A DNA stretch of 33,961 nt from Dicyema japonicum (lineage: Eukaryota > Animalia > Dicyemida). Of this stretch, positions 11,200 through 21,599 are shown piece by piece. The DNA lies in NCBI GenBank assembly GCA_011109175.1, contig RDEW01000028.1:640413-674373 (forward strand). Direction: 5' to 3'. The stretch's first letter is position 1, and the number at the start of each line of letters is the position of its first letter. Made by a program: the position numbers and the translations under genes. The notes under the pieces were generated by a model, which saw only the letters and a program-made list of their open reading frames with translations, had not been told where the DNA came from and did no database searches.

Positions 11200-12320
11200 A
11201 AATACAAAAACAATGTGCCTGATCATGATCATGTGAAATTCTTCAAAGAAGAACCAGACAGCCTTTTTAAGGTTGGGTAATGAATCATTAGTAATGATAT
11301 ATTAAAAGAACACCAGTGGGGTTTTCGCATAAATCATAAAATCGCTCTTTTGGAGATTTTTTGTACAGTTTTAACGCGTCAATTGTGAAGGCTTTGGAAA
11401 CTAAAGGATGTTTGACCCCGGTCTGCCTTTATATATCTAAAGTTTTTGACAGTGCGTGGTATCCTTGACTTCTTATTTGTCTTGCAAAATGTGGTGCTGA
11501 AAAGGAACTTTATTTTTGGATACGAAATTTGCTCTCGGACAGACGGTCGATTGTTAACTTTGTAAATGAGTCTCGTAAAAATTGACTGAGAAGAGGTGTC
11601 CCTCAAGGTTCATTGCTCAACGTTATTTGGGTGTCTGTTTTGTAGAAGAGATTATGTTGAAGATGTCAAAATGAAAAAAAAAGGCTTACCAAGCACTTCT
11701 GTGTCTACGAAAATTAAGCTTGAAAAAGGAAACGTTTATCTTTATTTTTGAAAGAATTGTTCTGTCCTCACTTGTCTACGGATGTGAAGGATGGTATTTT
11801 TCGCCAAAAGAGAAAGAATAATCAATCTTTGGACAAGACGAGGAGGATGGCAATCAAGCTGGCCCTTCATAAAAGGGGTGAGGAACCACTAGATGAGAAG
11901 GAGGAAACCCTGATCAGGTCAGTAAGGAGCGTGGTAGTGGAATGGATTGAGGGTTTTCTTCTGAGGACCAAAGTAGATGACACGTTCATTCAGAAGATAC
12001 TGTGAAGCTAAAGAGAGGTAAAACTGGGAAAGAATCCTTGCCTCACCGCAGGATTATTAATAACGTAATCCGTCATAACTATCGCTATGTTTTTAATAAA
12101 AAATGTTATGTTATGGTATTGCTCAGTCCTCTATTATTCAACGTTGTAATTAGTGAATTGCCTTCCCCGGAAACCCACTTACTGAAATCTTGATATACGT
12201 TGATGACGTCATAATTTATTATGTCTCTTTAAACCAGAGATTGTCAAACGGTGTGCCGCCAGTAAAATACAAATTTGAATAAATGGTTCCTAGCAAACTA
12301 ACTAGACATTTTACTTCCAA
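11200..12320 (+). mobile_element. Degenerate APE-type LINE (Jockey/I-like) RT, split by a nested insertion
   Basis: ILKEHQWGFR, ISKVFDSAWY, FWIRNLLSDRR and GVPQGS occur before the insert, and LLSPLLFNVVISELP and ILIYVDDVII after it. Removing 11620-12117 plus one ATTGCTCA copy restores GVPQGSLLSPLLFN. Confidence 0.85.
11620..12117 (+). mobile_element. 5'-truncated RTE-like retrotransposon with 8-bp TSD
   Basis: Flanked by ATTGCTCA (11612-11619 and 12118-12125). Encodes RYLGV and IVLSSLVYGCEGW, ends AATAAAAAA-TGTTA-TGTTA-TGGT, and has no TIR. Confidence 0.85.
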
Positions 12321-12644
12321 GCATAATCAAAAAAATCTGTGGATTATTTTATGCATTTGAAAAAACAACACAAGTATTATTTAGTTTTTACTATTTATTG
12401 TAGATCCAGTAAATGTTTTTAGTGATACTTTTGTGAGCTCAATGGAATCATTAAAATGTTTAAATCTGATTTCTGAATTGATAGCAAATGAACTGAAACC
12501 TCATTCTATTTGCGAAAACTTGATAATCCTTTTTTGTGTCACAATCAGAACATTTATCTGTTAAAGAAAATAAAGAACTTATTCACTTTTACGTATCCGA
12601 AAAAAATTAATTTTTTTTTATTTTTTAATTTGTGCAAAAAAAAC

Positions 12645-15600
12645 ATGCAACGTGCGTTCGATTCGGTGGCGTTAAAACTCTCTCGAGTTGGCAAAAATGT
12701 TGAAAGGAAAAAAGGAGAAGGGTCACTTGCGTTACCTGATGGTATGAATGTAATTCTTGCCATATCCGAGAGCGTTGTGGCAGATGACCACAAAGAATGG
12801 GCGAGGCAGGTAGTCCTGCAGGTACGTAGCAGGCATTCTCGAATGCCCTGGAATGGTTGGCAATACTTGGCGGAGCTCTGGATAGGCAGATTCAGTACTG
12901 CTATATCTGTGATGAAACTCAAGAAGATGGCTGTAGGCCAACAGGGTACCGGTCTAAAGGGGCGGGGACCAGATAACCACAACTGTCAAAGAGAGCACGA
13001 GCAGCAGAGCTGTGATACGTTGCAGCTCAAGCATGTTTATGAGGTCTTTGCGCGGAATCTCGCTGCAGCGGCAGATTACCCACTTGAGGATCGTAGTTTT
13101 ACCCGCAAGATCCCTCATTGTAAGGTTAACGGTGTAGTGTTAACCTGTATCAATAAGGCTGTGGCTTATGCGGTGGAGGCTAAGCCAGTAGGGTCATTGG
13201 GTGACATCTCCCTAGTGCTGTATGCAGCACAGATCACCTATGAGGAATTGACGGACAAGCCCAGACCACCCAGTAAATGGAGGGAGCAGATCTGTGCCAA
13301 GATTGCTTGGAGACAGACTGAGCTGGAAGCACTGGAGGGGCACATAAGTAGTGTGGCGAGAGGGGTTAGAGGAAAAGCACCGGCTATAGTAAAGGGGCTA
13401 ATTAGTAAACTCCGTGTTCCCAAATGGGACCTCAAAGAGTTGAGGAGGGCAAAGGTGGAGTTAGAGGGGGCAATAATGGTGTATAAGAGGAAACTCTATA
13501 CACATGAAAGTCGGTGTAAGAGAAGGAGAGAAAATAATCTGTTTGAGTTTAATCGCAGATTGTTTTACCGTCGCCTACACGAAAATGGCCATAGTGTATG
13601 TTCCCAGCAGGACGCGGAAATGCTTTCCACATGGGGTAGTATGTGGGAGGCTAAACCACGCAGAGGAAATGCGTGGAATGTCCCGTACAGCGCCGCTCCT
13701 TTCTTGGCGGAATCTTGCGGAATTTTCGATTTTCGCAAGAAATTTGAGGCGGTAGTGAGACATCTCCCTGATTGGAAGACGACCGGGGTCGATAAAGTTT
13801 ATAATTTCTTTATCAAAAGATGCACTTCATTACACGAGTCTATGTGTCGTGTATTACAGAAAAGCATCACTAACCCGGAAACGATTCCTGATTGGGCATG
13901 CACAGGGACAACTTATTTGATCCCAAAGCTGGACAACCCCCAGTCTGCTGCAGATTATCGACCGATAACCTGCATGCCAACCCTGTATAAGCTGATGACC
14001 AAATTGGTGGCTAATGAGGTCAGGAGCTTTGTAGACGCAAATGGGATTCTCTCCGAGAATCAGTTGGGAACTGTGCGAAATTGTCAGGGGGCAAAAGAGC
14101 AGGCTTTGATCAACAAATGCCTTTCTGTGTCTCACGGAAACTCACTTTTGTCTATGTGGGTGGATGTGAAGAAGGCTTACGATTCAGTTGATCATTCTTA
14201 CCTTGTCGAGTGCCTACACAGTCTGTGTATGCCTGTGTGGTTCATCAGCTTTGTAGTGGCTGTGATGAATAGGTGGAGTATTCATCTGAACTATAATAGG
14301 CACCGGATAGGCGAGGTAAAACTCAAGAGGGGGATCCTTCAGGGGATAGCATGTCTCCGCTACTCTTTGTTCTCTGTTTGGAGCCATTGAGTCGCCGCCT
14401 CAATGACCGGTTTGAGCAAATACCAGTTCATTGTGAAGGGGTCTGTTTCAGTACAAATCACCTTCTTTTTATCGATGACTTGAAGATGTATGCTCGAACA
14501 GCCGAGGAGCTCTACTCCATGGGGGTCTGTGCCAGGGAATTCTTTGAGAGTATAGGGCTAGATTTGAATTATTCAAAGTCTGCGACTAACACGCAAGTAT
14601 GTAGCGAGTTAGTAAGAGTCCTAGAGGAACACGAAGGATATAAGTATCTGGGTGTTACCGAATCTCCAAAGTCCCTTATAATGCCTGAGACAAAGCGACA
14701 AATTACTGAAGGCATCCGTAAAAGAGCAGCGTTATTGTGTAAGACGTCTCTAAATGCAAGGAATTTGTTCCTAGCATTAAATGAGTATGCTGTCTCGCTG
14801 CTAAACTACTACATAGGTGTTGTGGAGTTTGAGCCCAAAGAGTATGATGAGATGGATGTTATGATCCGTGGAGTACTCAGAGAGAACCATGTCCATGTGT
14901 TGGCAGCCAATAAGGAGAGACTATATTTACCCCGTGATAAATTCGGCCGTGGACTGTGTGGAGTAGTCCAACTAAGTGAGCGTATCCTAATGCGAATGCA
15001 CGACACCCTGATAGCTGGGTCAAGTGTGTCTGCTAGGAAGCACGCCATAATAACGACCGAGAAAACACGGGCAACCCACCTAGGCACTATCAGACCTTTT
15101 TTGTCTGCTAAGTATGGTGTTGATGATGGTGGGCTAGTAAATGTGAAGGCGTTGATCGAATTACAATATAATAATTTGATGGAAAAGATCAACTTAAAAA
15201 GCCTTCATAAGGTCCTCTTCAGAGCATTGGACAACCCACATGTCGACCTTAAGTCGTCGACAATATGGCTAAAATACGGTGACAACTCACCTCGATCGGA
15301 GGCGTTGTACACGTATATGCAAGACCGCAATATTTTTTGGGGTCGATCAACAAATACATGTCCCCACTGTAAGTCAAGGAGCATGTCGGTTGATCATTTA
15401 GCCACTCGATGTGGATCCATGCTCTGCCACGACTATGTGTGGAGGCACAACGAGGTAGTAAGGAGTCTTCATCTTCTACTATGCAATAAGTATGGTATTC
15501 GCCACACCAGAAAGTTGCGGACTCATAAGGTGCAATCTGTAGTAGAGAACACCAGGGTCCAAATTAAGGTAGACAGTGTTATCCGTACCTCGGTGCTAGT

Positions 15601-16090
15601 CAAGCACAATAAACCGGACATTGTGGTACACGATAAGGAGTCTGGCCAAGTCCTTATCATAGAGGTTGGCATCACGTCTCAAGACCGTTTGCAGACTGTG
15701 GAGGTGGAGAAAAAAAGGAAGTATGACTTTCTTGCAAACGAGATGGGGCAGATGCTTGGTTGCAAGGTCCTCGTTATTCCTATAGTAATGACGTGGGAAG
15801 GAATTGCAACAAAGTACCACAAGGGTTATCTGAAGCAGTTGGGGGTAGATAGGAAGCTCCAGGCCTATCTACAGTCCACTGTGTTAAAGCGGACCCTAGA
15901 GAGCTTGACACTGGAGTATAGGAGGCAGAGCCCTGAGATGCCATATGGGCAGAGGGTTCAATTTGACAATGCGCTCTCGGAGTTGTTTCAGCAACCAGAA
16001 TCGAACCTGCCTGAGGAGGCTGGCGAACAGGCAGGCGAGGAAGGTTGTTGATTAAATATATTAACTTTTTTATTGTTTGTTAAATAAAGT
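12645..16090 (+). mobile_element. Near-intact RLE-type (R2/NeSL group) non-LTR retrotransposon: RT, CCHC knuckle, restriction-like endonuclease; one 1-nt frameshift
   Basis: ORF 12645-16051 (about 1135 codons) with YRPITCMPTLYKL, WVDVKKAYDSV, GILQG[D]SMSPLLF (G missing at 14342-14345), HLLFIDDLK, YKYLG, CPHC..DHLATRC, RHNEVV and KPDIVV..IIEVG..EKKRKY. AATAAA lies about 30 nt after the stop. Confidence 0.95.
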
Positions 16091-17374
16091 GGGTTTTAAT
16101 GTGTGCCGCGGGAATTATTTTCTGAAAACCTCTGCTTTTAAACCCTTTGATATCTGAGAAACCGTTAAAGACGTACATGGAGCAGATCGAAAAGTGGTCT
16201 AATGAAACTTTCTTTCAGTTCACAAATAAGTCTGGTCTTGGTGAGAATAACTGTAAGCAGGAGAGATCTGGTCTGGTGAGGATGTTATGGTAATATCGAA
16301 GTTTAAAACGCTCTCATCCTAATTCGAAGATATTTCTCTGTATGTGCATTGAACCATTCCTGATCCATCGCTTTCAGGGATGGTATGGAAGCAAAGAATG
16401 AAGCATATTTAGATAGATCCGGATGAGATGCTATTTAATGGGCCTATGGAGGATCTAGAATTTAAAATACAGCGAAATATGAGGTTTATCTAAAACCATT
16501 GGAGATATTAACAAGCGAATACATAATTCACGTATAATGGTAATGAGTTATCTGAGAGACCTTGTTGTAGTTACTCAGCCAGCACTTCCTCAAACTCTAA
16601 ATCAGTTTCCCTGGATTCCCGGCTTTTTTCTAAGAACCGATGACGCAGTATTATAAATACAGACAGAATTCAGATGCTTCCTGGTTCGAATCTAACTACT
16701 GTCCATTCAGGCTGAAGGTTCCATGCATTTACGATGCCCCATGATTTTATCAGTGACACCATCATAATTATATCTCTCTGAAGAAACTGGATGTTTAATA
16801 GAACTCCCACGCAACCAAAAAAAAAAAGTTAAAACATTGTTGACCTTGTTCCTTTCCCTATAAGTGATTAACAAACTTCTTCTCTTAATTGTGTGTTCTG
16901 CCCAAGTGGAGGATTATTAGAGAAAACTACTGTCCATATGCGAAATTTGAGAATCTTATTATAAAATCATCAAAAGTCATCAAATGAACATCCAAATTAA
17001 TATATTTAGAGGATCCACGTGGTTTTTCTACTAAGTCATTAAAATCTCGAAATAAATTTTATGACCACATTTAGACAATTAACGTAAACCAAAGAACTGT
17101 GAGGCACGTACATACACCAGTTTGTACTTTGTGACGTTAAGGTTTCTGCAAAAATGTATCCAAGCTACATTGCATGAACTGGGCCCGTTTTCCTGACAAG
17201 AAGCTCGAAGGGAATTGGCTCCGCCCCAGAGACAGAAAATTATGATTTTATTTATTTTATTGTTTCATAATGAATGCCATATTTTTTCCAATCAAAAATA
17301 GAATTTAAATGTAAATATTATAAAAGAAAAAATAAAATAGGTTAATATGTTAAATTCAAATTGTTTCCTTGGTT

Positions 17375-17950
17375 ATGTCTGATACTCCACAATTCGACTG
17401 GGACGAATCAGCACAGTTCTTTTACCTAAATATTTATATTCATGGAGTTGACGAAGCATCAGTAGTTGTTGAATGCGAACCCAAAGAAGTATAATTAAAT
17501 ATTTAATACAAAGTTGTCTGTAAAGGCGGGCACATTTGAGCTTCGGTGTGTATTCGATAACGAGGTTGACCCAAGTGCCTTGTGCAAGACAATAACGCAT
17601 AAAAAAGTAAGTAAAACTGTAAATCAAGTTAACCGTTCGAGTATGCAAGTGTGCGAAGAAATTCTGGCGTAGAATAAATGCGGCAGTGTCTGGTGGTGAG
17701 TTGTCGGTGTTACAGAGTAAATGGGAGGCAATTAAGGTGGAGGAGGAAGAACTTCAGGGAGAGGATGCTGTTATGAAATTGTTTAGACAGATTTACGCAG
17801 ATGGGTCCGATGAAGTGAAGAAGGCTATGGTGAAGTCATATGTTTGTTTGTGGGTAATAAGTAGACTGAGTCATCGGGACTGTTTTGAGTACAAACTGGA
17901 GTGATGTCTCCAAAGGAAAAGTTGATGTTAAACGACCTGGAGATTCTTAA
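17375..17950 (+). CDS. SUGT1: SGT1 co-chaperone (CS and SGS domains only), 3 tiny introns; one apparent 1-nt frameshift
   Basis: MSDTPQFDW... is CS-domain-like. The SGS motif reads GEDAVMKLFRQIYADGSDEVKKAMVKSY|TESS[G]TVLSTNWSDV. Introns: 17489-17513 (25 nt), 17607-17628 (22), 17842-17864 (23). One base is missing at 17876-17878. Confidence 0.93.
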
Positions 17951-18339
17951 TTATTATTGGTTATATTTTTTGGAAAATTTTAATTCGATCTCTTTTTTTT
18001 TGGTACCTCCCTAAAATAGCAGTTTTACCGTAACTAGCGGTAAATAATATGTGCACTTTGACAGATGATCTTTGGGATCATTCAATTTTGAGTCAGACAA
18101 AATCAAATCATGCTCCTTTGGACATTCGACAGGTCCTTTGTTCAGAACTATGAGTCCGTCTCCTCATCATGTTCATAAGAAGGAAAATTAGGTCATCCAT
18201 CATGAAGCGAGGTGGACATTCGTGAATACAGACACATAACCACCTCAACCTTCGAACGAATTAACTATAGGAGATCTGTCAAGTAACCCTGACAGCTTGA
18301 GAAGGTGGTTTGAAACTGCTCAGGAATCCGAAGATGAGC

Positions 18340-18900
18340 CAAGAGAGTAAACAACAGGGTCATGCGTTAACTAGTAGAATGGAGATATTCCGGCTTCCAC
18401 GTATAAGGTTAAGGCTGAAGAAATCCTCAATCATGATTATCAGTATATCTCATCCTTGGCAACTCTTGCTTGATTTCATGTTGGATTGTGATTTTTTTGA
18501 AAACTTGATTAAGTGGAAAGTTCAATTTCATCATTGAACTTGTTGGACTTGATCGGGATGGGAGAAGACCAGACGGGATGACGATCTCTGTGTGGGATAT
18601 AACCATGCTTTGATACCTTTTCCTCGACGAACATGATTTCCACTACAAACTCGCACTGTCCTGCTGCTGATTATGCCTATCGGAGGAAGCTGAATAAATA
18701 TTCTGAGGACCGTTTCCCCTTTGTCCTAATTGCCTTTGAGACTTCGCGTGTGACCAGGACAGTCACAAGAGGTGTTCTCAGAGATTGAAAGCGCAATCTC
18801 GTCAAGGCTAGAAGATCTTCAGTAGCGGCGTTGTACCGTGAACGCCTCGGAATTGCTATCGTTCGTGGCAATTCTCACTTTCTTTTGGCGCTGATGTTTG
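18340..18900 (+). mobile_element. CRE-like non-LTR retrotransposon, 3' part, degenerate
   Basis: ELVGLDRDGRRPDGMTI..VWDIT (RLE PD..D motif), RRKLNKY..FVLIAFETS and RERLGIAIVRGNS. Confidence 0.8.
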
Positions 18901-19215
18901 ATCTGTTTTTGTCTAATAATAAATTTTAAAGTTGAAGTCATACTAAAACTTAATCAGAAAAAATGGAAGAAGCGAAAATAAAGGGGAGAATATTACAGGG
19001 TTTAGGCAAGTTAAGAAAAAAACAGAATACAAACTTACTAATAACGTATTCAAACTTCTTATAGAAACATGAAGGTTTTATCTCCAAGAAACCAGCTGGA
19101 TAAAAGTTAGTGAATAAATCATCAATTCTTTCGATGCTCGAAAGTCTCATTCTCAGCAATAATGTTTTAACAAATTGAAAAAATGAATATTTAATCGAAC
19201 AACAAAGAAAACCAT

Positions 19216-21146
19216 TACATCAGACCTCTCTAAACGATTCCTTTCGGGACTGACAGAATTGTCCAGTATAGAGGAGGCCGTATATTTAACAAGTCATTAA
19301 ATTTACTTATAACGAAAAAGTGAAACAGTAAAATTAATAGAAATCTGTCAATAAGGATTGCCTCGTATTTAGCTTCGATTCAGCAATCGCTTTATTGTTC
19401 AGATAGATCAGTCTGTTGACGGGATCGAGTAATGCAGGGTCTTGAGTGCAAGCAAAGTGGCAGATTTAGTCTAGCATTTGTTGAATATTTGTGCGTGTTA
19501 ATTTCTCTATGTTTTGGCTCTGTTTGCTTATCAGAATCTGAGTCACTGTCATTATCTTCAGAAGCTGAGACTGTTCGGTATTGCTCAACTAGGGATGATT
19601 CCCAATCTTTGGAATTTTCAGTGTAATTCCAAGTCTAATTGACAAATTCTTTTTCTGTATTGGATTATCGACTAGTCTATTCATGAGGGGTATGAACAGT
19701 AAATTGTTTTCAGGAATGTCGTTTATATCATATATTTTGACTGGAATGCCACACTTATTAAAGCAGAGGGAGATTGTGTTTGATTTCATGTCCATCCAAG
19801 CTGTGCTAATCTACCGGATAGCATCCAAGAGAGAAATTTTTTTTGCAAGTGGTGTCGCATTGGTTTCTGTGTCCATTTTGGCAAGAAGTTGAGTCATTAG
19901 TAGTCTTTTGTATCTTTCTTTAAATGACCGAATAATTCCTTGATCCAGAGGTTGTATGACACTCGTTGTGTTCGCTGGAAGAAATTTGAGTTCCACGTTG
20001 GAAAATTTTACTTTTGGTGAATGTGATGCTGCATTATCCAAAAACATAATAATTTTTCGTTTCTGGCGCATCATCTGCATGTTCACATCTTGCAACCATT
20101 TTGAAAACAATTTCGATGTCATCGAGGCTGTAACGTTGGAGCAGTAAATAACAGGTAACTTTTCAGATTAATATTCTTTAAACATCGGGGTTTTTGAGAC
20201 TTGCCAATTACAGTTTGCTTTAGCTTTTCTCCTGTCGAACTGCATGCAAGCATTACAGTAAGACGTTCCTTCGACTTCTTTGATCCACTGTGATGATTAC
20301 CTCTTACTGATAGTGTTTTCAGGAAGGGCACGATAGAATAGTCCGGTTTCGTCGCAGTTAAATATATCCTCTGGTCGATATCCCTTAATTAGAAAAGGTA
20401 CACGTTCCATCCAGTCAGAAACGACATCACTGTCAACATTTGCTTTTTCGCCACTGGTACAGTACGACTGGATTCAGTAACAGGACCTCCACCTACATAA
20501 CCAGCCAGTGGAACCTTTAAAATCATTTTCGCCCAGTGCTTTAGCAAACTCTGTAGCTTTTGCGATAATAATTGGTCCTGACAAACAAAAGTTTTTGAAA
20601 CGTGCTATCTGGAATCACTCCCAAGTGATTTTATTCAAATTTTCAAATTTGCAGTTGTTGTCAAAACGTTTTTTAGCAGAATTTGCGTTGTTATTGAATA
20701 ATTAGCCTTTTTAAGTATGTCTGATACAGTGCTGCATCCAACTCGATACTTCTTGCTGAGAAATTTTTGCGTCGGCTTAGGTGTTTGGTACAATTCATTT
20801 ATTATTTGAATTTTCTTTTTTAAAAACAATTCGCAACGAAATCGTTTTCTTTGCGGAGGAGCTATCATCTTTTAGTTTTTGATTTTCTGTCGAGTTGTTC
20901 GCAATTCAAGGTTAAAGACGATTAATAGGATTAGATCAAAGATTGATGTCAGAAGTCCGGTTTATGATAAAAGAAAATTAAAGTTGGGACCACAAAATAC
21001 GGCCGGTATTTGGAATAGAGAAGATCTAGTATATCGAAGATGAAATAGCAGTGATGTCCTATGAGGTGAATCGGGACCAGATGTTTAGTCCGGTTTTAAG
21101 AGAATTCCGGTATACCGAGGAGTCGGTTTAGAGGGGTTTGACGGTA
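19216..21146 (-). mobile_element. Full-length but inactivated pogo/Tigger DNA transposon
   Basis: TIR-like ends TACATCAGACCTCTCTAAAC (19216) and GTTTAGAGGGGTTTGACGGTA (to 21146). The minus strand has a CENP-B-type HTH (ORF 20635-20868), KKSKERLTVMLACSSTGEK and FLDNAASH..FLPANTTSVIQPLDQGII (DDE_1), with several frameshifts. Confidence 0.92.
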
Positions 21147-21259
21147 CACACACTCTGTTTAATCTCCTAATGTCGATGTATATGAGTCCTCCTTTAATTA
21201 CTAAAAATTAACGATACACCAAGATCAAGAAATGTAATATATCTTAGTGTTTCCTTATT

Positions 21260-21490
21260 GGGTTGATGAATGACGCCGTCATCAGTGTTTCAACACTGGA
21301 TAACTGGATTGTCTTCTGAAACTCACACATAAACAAAAAAAAGGAACGACAAGTCAAGAACACCTCCAATGTCTTCGATATGCCTTTGATTAATGAACAT
21401 TACTGTTTTTGAAATAAAGTGTGAGTTTTGCCTAAGGTGGGTAAAGCAATGAAAACATTACCTACTTCTTGGAAGTGCTGTGTTTTTTGT
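21260..21490. repeat. Unassigned dispersed structured repeat, copy 2
   Basis: GGTTGATGAATGACGCCGTCATCAGTG-TTTCAA-CACTG..ACTGGATTGTC ... AAGTCAAGAAC ... AATAAAGTGTGAGTTTTGCCTAAG ... AATGAAAACATT. Confidence 0.9.
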
Positions 21491-21599
21491 TTTCCTTATT
21501 AATAACTAGGGCTAATTTTCTTAATAAACTCAGAATTTTTAATTCTCTTTAAGGAATTCTTAGTCACCGAAAAATAAAAACAAATTAAAGATCAAAGTA

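Noticed and set aside
12554-15820. Minus-strand ORFs 12554-12982, 13238-13435, 13854-14135, 14809-15192, 15596-15820
   Set aside because: These are antisense shadows of the GC-richer retrotransposon ORF, with no domain motifs.
12623-16106. Possible 13-bp TSD of the RLE element (TTTTAATTTGTGC at 12623-12635, TTTTAATGTGTGC at 16094-16106)
   Set aside because: It has one mismatch, is low-complexity and would leave only a 9-nt 5' UTR, so it is not convincing for an apparently young element.
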